Below, in pieces: positions 30,105 through 39,722 of a stretch of 64,000 nt of DNA (its first letter is position 1; the number at the start of each line of letters is the position of its first letter). The DNA lies in NCBI GenBank assembly GCA_015060765.1, contig SUXW01000016.1, positions 420 to 64,419 on the forward strand, written 5' to 3'. This stretch comes from Bacteroides sp. (lineage in GTDB: Bacteria > Bacteroidota > Bacteroidia > Bacteroidales > Bacteroidaceae). Below the pieces are notes generated by a model. That model was not told the origin of the DNA, made no database searches, and worked only from the letters and a program-made list of their open reading frames with translations. Made by a program: the position numbers and the translations under genes.

Positions 30105-30408
30105 TTTATTCTTTATATTAATTGTTATTATTTTCGAGGCTTTTTCAAATCAACGTCCGCAAAGTTAAACGATAAAAAAAAGCAAATCAAACATTTATTT
30201 AAGTATTTTCTCTTCGAGGTAAAAAATGATAAAAACGCCTACCTTATTGAATGAATCGCCCACCCATGAAAGAATGATACATATTTCTTTTTCTAATTTT
30301 CTTCGAATCCATCGAATAAACCGATTAACATTTTATACCACTCCATATAACAAACACACCTTCTCAATAAACAAGCAAGTTTTACAGGATCTATATATAT
30401 CAGTAACA

Positions 30409-30557
30409 TTTCTCACCCTTTGCAACTCTTGCAACAAAAAAAAGGCTAGGGCAAGAGACATCGTGTGGCAAGAGTGGCAAGACATTACAAGCTCTTGCCA
30501 CAGAATCACCTTGAAAATCAATAGTTTAAACCGTTGTTGCAAGAGTGGCATGAGAAA
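30409..30557. repeat. Nested inverted repeats built from GCAAGAG units
   Basis: Outer IR 30421-30437/30534-30550 (16 of 17 match); inner perfect IR 30464-30474/30492-30502; about seven GCAAGAG-like copies. Confidence 0.8.
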
Positions 30558-30613
30558 ACAAAATCCACTGACAGAGACGCTTTTGAGGGAAGAAAATGAA
30601 AAAAATGTTCCTA

Positions 30614-30718
30614 ATCATTTGTTCAAAAGATACGTATCTTTTGAACAAATGATACGTATTGTTTGCACAAAAGATACGTATGTTATTAAACAGAAAAACG
30701 ATAGCCTTACTGGAGGAT
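30614..30718. repeat. Perfect 40-bp palindrome within a 22-bp-period tandem repeat
   Basis: ATCATTTGTTCAAAAGATAC|GTATCTTTTGAACAAATGAT at 30614-30653; GATACGTAT cores at 30629, 30651 and 30673. Confidence 0.9.
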
Positions 30719-30791
30719 AAGACTATCGTCTGTAACGTTCAAGATTACCATCGAACCTTACGAAAGCAGCTTGATTCTCATTTATTAAATT

Positions 30792-32993
30792 TTAATACAC
30801 GTATTCTGTTTCAACCGTATTATACCAAGTACCATTTCCATAATTCTGCCCCCACAAACCAAATTCAGGATATGCAGTACCGATATTAATCGTTTCAGTC
30901 GGCCACCTCCAATCAGAAGGTACACAAATCATCTGAGGTATATTACCCGACTCTTTTGGTTCAATCTGAACATCATAGATTGTATTGTTACCATTTTCTA
31001 TTAACAGATAGAACCCACCCATATTTTCGGATACAGAATAGTTCGTCGGAACCTTCATCTTAATGGTCTTACCTTCGAAACCGTTACGTCCATTCCAATC
31101 GTAAGCTACACCTGTATTAATCATCAAGGTAATATCATCGAAACCGAACAATTCATGGATTTCGCCCAACGTCATGTTAGCAACTCGGTTACAAACATGT
31201 GTACGCAATGTACCTCCAGCTGCCACCGGTTTTACATAAGCTGTATCATCACCGGCCACATAAGTCACATCGAATACAATATCATTAAAGTCATAGTCAC
31301 CTACAGAACCAAGGTCTTCGCAAGCCAAGCGCCAAGTCTGTGCTTTATCATCTTCGGGAGGACCGTAATTATTAGGGATATTTCCTTTACCTGTACAATC
31401 CGATTCTGCAATTTCGTCGCCTTTGTAAACAGGGAAAATGGCAAAATTAGATTCACCGACCTTCGTTACACCATAAGCATCAGCTACAGCGCCATCAAAT
31501 AATCCAGCAACCCAGTCACTATTGAATTCATTCGCCTCAAAATAAATGGCACCGTCAACTTTCACCGCACCTGCTGGAGAAGTAATCTTTTGAGCAGAAA
31601 CCAAAGCGGAAGATTCCGATTTTCCGACATAATAAAATTCTGCCGTACCATCACCCACTTCCAAATGCTTAGCACGAAGTATTGAATTTTCACGCAAAGT
31701 AATGCAATTGGCCATTATATGTTCGCACTCAAGTGCCGTATTACCATCTTGATTCAAGTAGATTATCTCTATTTTTTCTTGAGAACGCAACAAGCAACCA
31801 TTATTTAACGTTCCTTGCTTACCGCCATTACCAGTTATTCGGTTTACTTCAATTTTACCCCAGTTGGTCAAAACTGACTCGGAAGTAGTAAACTTAATTC
31901 CATCCACATACATAACACCATCTGGAGCATTATAGAAAGTGGCGAAATTCAATCCAATCCATCCGATTGAACAAGTCCCCGCATTATAAATCAGCGCACT
32001 TTTTGCATTATGATCAATTCCGTAATTCCATTCATTAGCCCCTTCCTTCCTATCCACCACATTACCGCCGTGCATTACTATAATTCGAGCATTATCTGCC
32101 ATATAAATCCCATTCAATTCGAGTGTACCTCCAGATGCAACAATTACATCAACATTCTTGATTTGCCCAGAAATCCGATAAACAGCTCCATTGGTTATCA
32201 CTAATTTCAGAGTACCTTGTTCGGTAATAGACACACTTTCATATCTATCATCATATTGTCCATATTGACTTTTAACTTTCAAATAGGAAGTACATTCCAA
32301 GCCTAAAGAAGATGTGAAACCCGGTTTCACTACACCAATCAAACTACCTGTTGTATTATTATTAGGGCAAGCAATCTGCTGCATATGGTTAATTATGCCA
32401 TAATCAGGTCTTCCGTAATTTGTATACTCTATACCATTATTCAAGTCATAGCCTTCTGCTATAAATTGATTCACTTGTGCCACTGTATACGGAGCATCCA
32501 TCGTTGGCAATGCCCCTGTTTCCATCGCTCTACTACGAGCTTGCGTCTTCACTACACCAAATGAAGCGTCAATCGAGCCATTGTTCACCTTAATGGATTT
32601 CAGCAACCGACGATTATGATCATCCATTCTCACTACATAGTAATTTTCCTGACCGACCAACGCATCAAAAGCAATGGAAGTTTCAGCATAACCTTCTGCA
32701 TCGGTAGTAACCGTAGTCTTCGCCATCAAAAGAGCATCATCATTGTACAAAGGATTGGCTGTGTAAATCTTGAACGTATATTCCGACAAGGCATCTTCCA
32801 CAATAGTAAGATTAGCCTTGACTTGAGTCGCCATATTGAAGTTCTGATTAGGGTCAATGTCCCCAAAATTCATCTTCCACTGATTTTCGTATTGTTCACG
32901 AACCCACTCCGCATCATACATGTCATCATGACTATTGTCACAAGCACATAAGAATGAAATCAAACCTGCTAAAAGAAAAAAATTCCTCTTCAT
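30792..32993 (-). CDS. Large surface lipoprotein with DUF4842/LruC-like C-terminal domain (long paralog)
   Basis: Lipobox LCAC; FGDIDPNQNF; central beta-helix-like G/N-rich region; LACEDLGSVGDYDFNDIVFD, AAGGTL, PQMICVP.DWRWPTE..NI..AYPEF..W. Confidence 0.75.
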   Translation of the reverse strand: MKRNFFLLAGLISFLCACDNSHDDMYDAEWVREQYENQWKMNFGDIDPNQNFNMATQVKANLTIVEDALSEYTFKIYTANPLYNDDALLMAKTTVTTDAEGYAETSIAFDALVGQENYYVVRMDDHNRRLLKSIKVNNGSIDASFGVVKTQARSRAMETGALPTMDAPYTVAQVNQFIAEGYDLNNGIEYTNYGRPDYGIINHMQQIACPNNNTTGSLIGVVKPGFTSSLGLECTSYLKVKSQYGQYDDRYESVSITEQGTLKLVITNGAVYRISGQIKNVDVIVASGGTLELNGIYMADNARIIVMHGGNVVDRKEGANEWNYGIDHNAKSALIYNAGTCSIGWIGLNFATFYNAPDGVMYVDGIKFTTSESVLTNWGKIEVNRITGNGGKQGTLNNGCLLRSQEKIEIIYLNQDGNTALECEHIMANCITLRENSILRAKHLEVGDGTAEFYYVGKSESSALVSAQKITSPAGAVKVDGAIYFEANEFNSDWVAGLFDGAVADAYGVTKVGESNFAIFPVYKGDEIAESDCTGKGNIPNNYGPPEDDKAQTWRLACEDLGSVGDYDFNDIVFDVTYVAGDDTAYVKPVAAGGTLRTHVCNRVANMTLGEIHELFGFDDITLMINTGVAYDWNGRNGFEGKTIKMKVPTNYSVSENMGGFYLLIENGNNTIYDVQIEPKESGNIPQMICVPSDWRWPTETINIGTAYPEFGLWGQNYGNGTWYNTVETEYVY

Positions 32994-33040
32994 ACTATGA
33001 TAAGACTAAAAGTTACATGTTATTATAGATAATATGCCAC

Positions 33041-33088
33041 AAAAATAAGGAATAATAAGATACGTTGTACCTTATATTCCTTATTTTT
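33041..33088 (-). terminator. lgt terminator overlapping the promoter box of the downstream lipoprotein gene
   Basis: AAAAATAAGGAATA...TATTCCTTATTTTT inverted repeat; TATTTTTG box at 33040-33047 on the - strand. Confidence 0.65.
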
Positions 33089-33110
33089 AGGGGTATAAAA
33101 TGTTATATTC

Positions 33111-33932
33111 CTACTTTTTCATCGGTTTTTCACGAGAAACACGGCTATTCCAAATCAAATAAAGCCCTAAAAGAATCAACGGCAGACTGAGCAGCTGACC
33201 AATATTCAATGTCATTCCAACCTCCTCTGTCACTTGCGGATTCTTCATAAATTCCAATGCAAAACGAGTGCCGAAGAATATCAGCAGACTTACACCGGTT
33301 ATCAGACCTACATACTTCTGTAAGTGAAACTTATGATACATTACAAAGGAAGTGACACCGGCCACCAAGCAATAAAGCATTTCGTATATCTGGGTAGGAT
33401 GACAAGGAAGACCTGCATACAACTGATTCCACTCGCGGGAACGGACAAATTCAAATCCCCAAGGCATAGTGGTGGGATAACCGAATATCTCCGAATTCAT
33501 CAGGTTACCAAAGCGAATGCAGAAACAGAGAATAGCCACACAAGGGATAATACGGTCGAACAACCACCACACACTTTGGTGAGTTATTTTACGGGAATAC
33601 AACCAAGCCGCAAAAATAACACCAAACGTTCCTCCGTGACTGGCCAATCCACCTTCCCAAATTTTCAATATCTCAATCGGATGAGAAATATAATAATCCC
33701 ACTGATAGAATAGACAGTGTCCCAAACGAGCACCTACAATCACACTGACCAAACTATAGATAAACAGCTTGTCTACCCATTCTTCAGGATATTTTTCTTT
33801 CTTGAACAACCATTCGGCATACTTATAGGCCAGAATAAATCCCAAGCCCCACATCAAGCCATACCAACGGATCTCACGCCCGCCTATCTCGAATATGGCA
33901 GGGTCTACATCCCAAACAATACTTGCAAACAT
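33111..33932 (-). CDS. lgt: Prolipoprotein diacylglyceryl transferase
   Basis: IRWYGL, GARLGHCLFY, WEGGLASHGG, RFGNLMNSEIFG, HPTQIYE. Confidence 0.96.
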   Translation of the reverse strand: MFASIVWDVDPAIFEIGGREIRWYGLMWGLGFILAYKYAEWLFKKEKYPEEWVDKLFIYSLVSVIVGARLGHCLFYQWDYYISHPIEILKIWEGGLASHGGTFGVIFAAWLYSRKITHQSVWWLFDRIIPCVAILCFCIRFGNLMNSEIFGYPTTMPWGFEFVRSREWNQLYAGLPCHPTQIYEMLYCLVAGVTSFVMYHKFHLQKYVGLITGVSLLIFFGTRFALEFMKNPQVTEEVGMTLNIGQLLSLPLILLGLYLIWNSRVSREKPMKK

Positions 33933-33962
33933 GTTCCTCTCTTTTATTATTTATATAGCTAT

Positions 33963-34000
33963 TTTACGGTTCGTAAAGTGGCACTTTACGAACCGTAAAA
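33963..34000. terminator. Hairpin between ddh and lgt
   Basis: TTTTACGGTTCGTAAAGTG/CACTTTACGAACCGTAAAA inverted repeat. Confidence 0.65.
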
Positions 34001-34010
34001 CTATGTTTTA

Positions 34011-34910
34011 TTACACCAAATGAGCAATCAGTTCTTCACGGTTACCGTAGAGCAAGTCGATTACCGGTATTTCTATCATCGTATAGCATCCGGGAGCCTG
34101 CTTCATGGTTGCACGTGCACAACATACCATAACCTGCGCCGTCAAAGCCGGATTGTTGATTTTCATATTGAACTCGAACAATTGGTTATGAGTAGTACCC
34201 GACACGCCCTTACGTACTAAGTTCACTCCATGACCCACATCATTCAAATCGTCCACACAAGGTACTTGCTTCACATGCGTTTCATCATTCACGAAATAGG
34301 GGTCAGCCTTAATTGCCGCTTCTACTGTTTTGAAATCAACGCCTTCTTCCAGTTCTACATACACCATGCGGCGATGAATGCCTGTTCCCGTAGGAATAGT
34401 CATAGACAAGGCATCTTTCACTCCGTCAATAGCACGTACAGCAACCGAATGGCCCATGCTCCGTCCCGGTCCGAAATTAGTATAGGTAATTCCTTTAGGT
34501 GCAATGGCTTCAAGCAAAGTACGAACTACCGAATCACTTCCTGGATCCCAACCGGCGGAAATGACGGCTACCGCATTACCGGCCTTACCCGATGCATCCA
34601 ACGAACGGCGTAAAGAGGTAATTTGTGTATGAATATCAAAGCTATCCACCGTATTAATTCCCATAGCTAAAATTTCCTTAGCATATTCCTCCACTTTACG
34701 GGTTGGAGTTGCCAAAATCGCCACATCAACATTTTTCAGTTCCTTGATGTCTTTTACGACTTCATATCCTTCCAGCTCTGCGGGCTTGTTTGCTGCACCA
34801 CTACGACGAACTACACCTGCAATTTCAAAATCGGGAGCAACTTCAAGAGCCTCAACAACCGATTTGCCAATATTACCGTAACCAACGACGGCAGCTCTAA
34901 TTTTATCCAT
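34011..34910 (-). CDS. ddh: meso-diaminopimelate D-dehydrogenase
   Basis: [36 protein letters not shown]. Confidence 0.95.
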   Translation of the reverse strand: MDKIRAAVVGYGNIGKSVVEALEVAPDFEIAGVVRRSGAANKPAELEGYEVVKDIKELKNVDVAILATPTRKVEEYAKEILAMGINTVDSFDIHTQITSLRRSLDASGKAGNAVAVISAGWDPGSDSVVRTLLEAIAPKGITYTNFGPGRSMGHSVAVRAIDGVKDALSMTIPTGTGIHRRMVYVELEEGVDFKTVEAAIKADPYFVNDETHVKQVPCVDDLNDVGHGVNLVRKGVSGTTHNQLFEFNMKINNPALTAQVMVCCARATMKQAPGCYTMIEIPVIDLLYGNREELIAHLV

Positions 34911-35072
34911 ACTTTTATCTGTTTTAGTTACCATTGTCTTTATTTATGGCGCAAAAATAATCATTCTGCTTTACAATTCATGATGTATAAACAAAATATT
35001 TTCAAAATATTCTTCAACAACTTACCATTTATAAGATAGAAAACTTATTTTTGCATAAAATTGAATTCGTTT

Positions 35073-35666
35073 ATGATAGAATATCTGAAAGGTGAAATAG
35101 CCGAAATCACTCCTGCCATGGCAGTTATCGATTGCAACGGAGTGGGGTATGGAGTAAACATTTCGCTCAATACCTACTCTGCCATCCAAAGCAAAAAAAA
35201 TGCCAAACTCTATATATACGAAGGTATACGCGAAGACGCTTATATTCTCTACGGATTTGCCACGAAACAAGAAAGAGAACTTTTCTTGTTATTGATAACT
35301 GTATCAGGTATCGGAGGAAACACAGCACGCATGATACTCTCCGCCCTTTCACCGGCCGAACTTTGCAATGTCATCAGTTCCGGCAATGACAAACTACTGA
35401 AGACCGTAAAAGGTATCGGGTTGAAAACAGCCCAACGTATCATTGTCGATTTAAAGGACAAGATTAACACTACCGGCATTGAAACGGTTGGAGGAGACAT
35501 GTTCCCACAAACCGTTCACTCCGAAGTACACGAAGAAGCCATAGCCGCACTTACTATGTTGGGATTTCCACAGGCACCATCACAGAAGGTTGTTACCGCT
35601 ATTTTGAAAGAAGAGCCTGCATTACCCGTAGAAAAAGTCATCAAATTAGCATTGAAAAGGCTATAG
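35073..35666 (+). CDS. ruvA: Holliday junction branch migration protein RuvA
   Basis: [44 protein letters not shown]. Confidence 0.97.
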   Translation: MIEYLKGEIAEITPAMAVIDCNGVGYGVNISLNTYSAIQSKKNAKLYIYEGIREDAYILYGFATKQERELFLLLITVSGIGGNTARMILSALSPAELCNVISSGNDKLLKTVKGIGLKTAQRIIVDLKDKINTTGIETVGGDMFPQTVHSEVHEEAIAALTMLGFPQAPSQKVVTAILKEEPALPVEKVIKLALKRL

Positions 35667-35673
35667 GAACACC

Positions 35674-36495
35674 TTACAAGGATTTGTCTTCCTGCATTTT
35701 CCTCTTGACAAATTCAATTTTCAACTGGGCTTCTTTCTGTTCTTTACGTATCTGTTCCATTGCCGTAAGAATCTTGGAAAGTTCCATCAGTTCGGCTATC
35801 GCCTTACGGTCATTGGGCTGCATAGTGGTACGATAGGTACGATCACCGACAAAAGTCAGTTGGATATTCTTGTCTTTATGCGTAGCAACAAAAAGAATGA
35901 CTCCGCCATCTTCTCCCGCTTTAAAATCGGCTTTTTCAATGGAACGGCCCAAATCTGTCGTTTCGTAGCATTCTTTAGCAGCAGGAGTTTCGGCATACAA
36001 CTCACCTACGCCGACCTTTACCGCCGAATGGTGAATACTACCTCCGGCGCAATAAATGGAAGTCAGTGACATTTCTCCCAATTCATTTACCTGTCCACGC
36101 AAAAAAGAACGACCGATATTTTTTTCTACAACTTGTGAAGGATAAAGCCAATTGCCTATATCCTGATAAGCTGTATCCTTTTCTAATACAAAATTACCCT
36201 TAATGGAGTCGAATTGTAATTGTTTGACCGCCATCATACTATCCAAATACAACAGACTTTTCTGCTGTTCCTTCAAGTCAACCTGTTGCATCAGCTTGAT
36301 GCCCTGTCTACGTGCTTCGAATGCCTTTGGATAAAGCTGTTTAATACTATCAATCAAAAGTTTAGCTTCACTAAATTTTTCTCCAACCAAGGCATATTCT
36401 GCCTTACGAAGAAATTTTTGTGCATTCTTCTCACCGCCATCACCGCAACTAACCAGAAACGACAAGGCAACTATAAATATCAGACCTTTTTTCAT
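35674..36495 (-). CDS. Conserved hypothetical lipoprotein
   Basis: Lipobox LVSC; TPR-like N-terminal helices and coiled-coil C-terminus. Confidence 0.75.
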   Translation of the reverse strand: MKKGLIFIVALSFLVSCGDGGEKNAQKFLRKAEYALVGEKFSEAKLLIDSIKQLYPKAFEARRQGIKLMQQVDLKEQQKSLLYLDSMMAVKQLQFDSIKGNFVLEKDTAYQDIGNWLYPSQVVEKNIGRSFLRGQVNELGEMSLTSIYCAGGSIHHSAVKVGVGELYAETPAAKECYETTDLGRSIEKADFKAGEDGGVILFVATHKDKNIQLTFVGDRTYRTTMQPNDRKAIAELMELSKILTAMEQIRKEQKEAQLKIEFVKRKMQEDKSL

Positions 36496-36563
36496 ATAGC
36501 TTGTTCTTTGATTAGGCAAAAATACAAAAAAATAGTATTTTTGCAGTCCCATTATCAGATTAT

Positions 36564-37979
36564 ATGGAATTAAGAGAGCATTTTAAAGATAAAATATTTC
36601 ATCTGATATCCGAAACCGCCGACGAATTAGGTTTGGAATGCTATGTAGTGGGTGGTTATGTGAGAGACATTTTCTTAAACCGCCCCTCCAAAGACATCGA
36701 TATAGTAGTGGTAGGAAGCGGCATTCAAATGGCAGAAGCCTTCGGCAAAAAATTAGGACGCGGTGCGCATGTCGCCATTTTCCGCAATTTTGGTACGGCG
36801 CAAGTGAAATATAGAGATACGGAAGTGGAATTTGTCGGTGCCCGCAAAGAATCATATAGCCACGACAGCCGTAAACCGATTGTAGAGGATGGTACATTGG
36901 AAGACGATCAAAACCGTCGTGACTTTACCATTAACGCTATGGCGGTATGCCTCAACCAAAAACGTTTTGGAGAGTTGGTCGACCCATTCAATGGTTTGGA
37001 CGATCTGAAAGAACGGACCATCCGAACTCCTCTCAATCCAGACATTACCTTTAGTGACGACCCTCTCCGCATGATGCGTTGCATTCGTTTTGCTACCCAA
37101 CTGAATTTTTACATCGATGATGACACATTTGAAGCATTAAGCCGCAACAAGGAACGCATCAATATCATCTCTCGTGAACGGATAGCCGACGAACTGAACA
37201 AGATTATTTCGTCGCCCATTCCATCCAAAGGATTCATCGAATTAGACCGATGCGGATTGCTCTCCCTCATTTTTCCCGAATTAGATGCGTTGCAAGGAGT
37301 GGAAATTAAAAATGGACGGGCACACAAAGATAATTTTTACCACACCTTGGAGGTTTTGGACAACATATCCCAGCATACCAACAACCTTTGGTTGCGTTGG
37401 GCTGCATTATTACACGATATCGCCAAGCCACGTACCAAACGATGGGAACCTAAAATTGGTTGGACATTCCACAATCATAACTTCATCGGCGAGAAGATGA
37501 TACCAGACATTTTTCGTAAAATGAAACTTCCGATGAACGAAAAAATGAAATATGTACAGAAATTGGTTGGCTTGCATATGCGCCCCATCGTCATAGCCGA
37601 TGAGGAAGTTACCGATTCCGCCGTTCGTCGCCTCCTTTTCGAAGCAGGCGATGATATAGACGACTTGATGTTGTTATGCGAAGCGGACATTACTTCCAAG
37701 AACGAAATGCGCAAGCAACAATTTCTTGAGAATTTCAAATTGGTCCGTCAGAAACTGAAAGATTTGGAAGAAAAAGACCGTATCCGTAATTTCCAGCCCC
37801 CAGTAGACGGTGCCGAGATTATGCAAGTATTCGGATTGGAACCTTGCAAGGAAGTAGGAAGTTTGAAAAGTTCCATCAAAGACGCCATTTTGGACGGAGT
37901 AATACCCAACGAGCACGATGCCGCTTATCAATATATGCTTGAAAAAGCTAAAAAAATGGGACTATTCCCTAAAATCTGA
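36564..37979 (+). CDS. cca: CCA tRNA nucleotidyltransferase (HD domain)
   Basis: VGGYVRD, DIDI, RRDFTINA, DDPLRMMR, LLHDIAK. Confidence 0.95.
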   Translation: MELREHFKDKIFHLISETADELGLECYVVGGYVRDIFLNRPSKDIDIVVVGSGIQMAEAFGKKLGRGAHVAIFRNFGTAQVKYRDTEVEFVGARKESYSHDSRKPIVEDGTLEDDQNRRDFTINAMAVCLNQKRFGELVDPFNGLDDLKERTIRTPLNPDITFSDDPLRMMRCIRFATQLNFYIDDDTFEALSRNKERINIISRERIADELNKIISSPIPSKGFIELDRCGLLSLIFPELDALQGVEIKNGRAHKDNFYHTLEVLDNISQHTNNLWLRWAALLHDIAKPRTKRWEPKIGWTFHNHNFIGEKMIPDIFRKMKLPMNEKMKYVQKLVGLHMRPIVIADEEVTDSAVRRLLFEAGDDIDDLMLLCEADITSKNEMRKQQFLENFKLVRQKLKDLEEKDRIRNFQPPVDGAEIMQVFGLEPCKEVGSLKSSIKDAILDGVIPNEHDAAYQYMLEKAKKMGLFPKI

Positions 37980-37991
37980 CATCAATCCAAC

Positions 37992-38038
37992 AAAAAAGTA
38001 CACATTTCTTGATTTAAATCATGAAATGTGTACTTTTT
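37992..38038 (+). terminator. cca terminator
   Basis: AAAAGTACACATTTC...GAAATGTGTACTTTT. Confidence 0.8.
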
Positions 38039-38059
38039 ACACTTTTACATAGTTTCATC

Positions 38060-38090
38060 TTTGCCAAATAAAAAAGTTAGCATACATTTG
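38060..38090 (+). promoter_or_regulatory. Consensus Bacteroidetes housekeeping promoter with no downstream ORF
   Basis: TTTG (38060-38063), 19-nt spacer, TACATTTG (38083-38090). Confidence 0.8.
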
Positions 38091-38267
38091 CATCGGAATC
38101 AGTTGTGAAACTATCATTCCAAATAAATATTAGGATAATAGGTATTAAGATATAGAGATTGTTAAGGTATTAGTAAGATAAAGGATTAAAAGATTTATCA
38201 GGATTGTTTTCTACAGGTATTAATTAGTTTAGGTAAAAAGCGAAAGCAGGATAACACAGAAACAAGT

Positions 38268-38298
38268 AAAAAAAGAACCCCAACAGACGGGGGTTCTT
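38268..38298 (-). terminator. Terminator of the rseP operon
   Basis: AAGAACCCC/GGGGTTCTT stem with an A-run giving a U-tract on the - strand. Confidence 0.65.
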
Positions 38299-38306
38299 CA
38301 GGTGAT

Positions 38307-38340
38307 GAGCGGATTCAGTGATGAATTTTGCTCTTTTTTT
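38307..38340 (+). terminator. Terminator of the candidate sRNA
   Basis: GAGCGGATTCA-GTGA-TGAATTTTGCTC followed by T7. Confidence 0.75.
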
Positions 38341-38348
38341 ATGTATGT

Positions 38349-39692
38349 TTAAAACAAGAATCTCAATACATCATTAAAATTCGCCCAAATAAGCAATGCA
38401 AACAATAGAATCATACCGGTCATCTGCGCATATTCCATAAACTTGTCACTCGGTTTGCGACGAGCTATAATTTCATACAATAAAAATAAGACATGTCCAC
38501 CATCCAATGCAGGAATCGGCAGGATATTCATGAATGCCAAAATGATGGACAAGAATGCTGTCATCGACCAAAAACGATGCCAATCCCACACTTCCGGGAA
38601 AATACTTCCGATTGTACCGAAACCACCTACACTTTTTGCTCCTTCTTTTGTAAACACATATTTCATATCGTTTACATATCCCTTCAATGTATTCACTCCT
38701 AAAGCAATACCAGCAGGGAACGACTCAAAGAAGCCATAAGAAAGTTGAGTCACTTTATAATCCAAAACGCCCGATTTGAATACCCCAACTTTGTAAAGAG
38801 AATCTGTTTGTAAAGCGAGTGTGTCGCGAATGCCATTTCGAGAGTACACCAAGGCAAGTTCTGCAAATTTCTTTCCTTCAGCTTCAGCTACTTGTTGAAG
38901 ATTGGACATCTCATAAAGGAAGGAATTCCATGAAGTGATATTCTTTCCATTCATAGCCAACAAGGTATCCCCCTTCTGAATACCAGCCTCAGCAAAAGGT
39001 AATCCAACGACAACAGAGTCCACTACATTTGGGATCAATGGAGAAACAAAAGCCGGATCATCTTTGGCTATATCCAACAAGCTGACTTCAGGCATGAAGA
39101 CTTCTACTTCCTTACCATCACGCATCACCTTTACAACACGTGCTTCAGCCACTTCACGAAGCATGTCAACTCCATAACGTTCCAACGGCTTTCCATCTGC
39201 ACTCAACAGAATATCTCCATCTTGGAATCCTATTTTCTCTGCACGTTCATTGAACTCCATACCATGAGTCATATCTTGCAAAGAAACGTAAGAATCTCCC
39301 CAAGTAAACAATATCATGGAATAGATAAACAAAGCCAACAAGAAATTCATTAGGACGCCACCTATCATGATAAGCAAACGCTGCCATGCTGGCTTGGCAC
39401 GGAATTCCCATTCTTCAACCGGATGATTCAAATCTTCCGTACTTTGAGTTTCATCCACCATTCCGGCAATCTGTACATATCCACCAAAAGGAAGCCACCC
39501 CACTCCATACTCCGTTTCACTATTCTTTGGTTTGAATTTAAACAGAGAGAACCAAGGATTGAAGAAAAGATAAAATTTAGTTACCCGAACCTTAAAAAGT
39601 CTCGCAAATAAGAAATGCCCCCCCTCATGGATAATGACCAACAACGAAAGGCTCATCATCAATTGGAGTGCACGAATCAAAAATGTTTCCAT
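38349..39692 (-). CDS. rseP: RIP metalloprotease RseP
   Basis: HEGGH, PDZ domains, NILPIPALDGG. Confidence 0.95.
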   Translation of the reverse strand: METFLIRALQLMMSLSLLVIIHEGGHFLFARLFKVRVTKFYLFFNPWFSLFKFKPKNSETEYGVGWLPFGGYVQIAGMVDETQSTEDLNHPVEEWEFRAKPAWQRLLIMIGGVLMNFLLALFIYSMILFTWGDSYVSLQDMTHGMEFNERAEKIGFQDGDILLSADGKPLERYGVDMLREVAEARVVKVMRDGKEVEVFMPEVSLLDIAKDDPAFVSPLIPNVVDSVVVGLPFAEAGIQKGDTLLAMNGKNITSWNSFLYEMSNLQQVAEAEGKKFAELALVYSRNGIRDTLALQTDSLYKVGVFKSGVLDYKVTQLSYGFFESFPAGIALGVNTLKGYVNDMKYVFTKEGAKSVGGFGTIGSIFPEVWDWHRFWSMTAFLSIILAFMNILPIPALDGGHVLFLLYEIIARRKPSDKFMEYAQMTGMILLFALLIWANFNDVLRFLF

Positions 39693-39722
39693 CTATAGTT
39701 ATTTCTATTTAGTTAGTATTTT

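Larger units (their letters stand above)
38095..38340 (+). ncRNA. Candidate intergenic small RNA (~245 nt)
   Basis: Own promoter, 5' GNRA-capped hairpin, repeated AGG(A/T)/AAG(A/T) motifs in a C-poor core, own GNRA-capped terminator with U-tract, no ORF in the track. Confidence 0.7.

Noticed and set aside
30614-30690. 22-bp periodic repeat as a CRISPR array
   Set aside because: No unique spacers, the period is too short and no cas genes are present.
30226-30720. 164-aa ORF across the repeat-rich spacer
   Set aside because: Translates through palindromes and A-runs, has no protein-like motif, and is better explained as non-coding repeats. A decayed gene remnant cannot be excluded.
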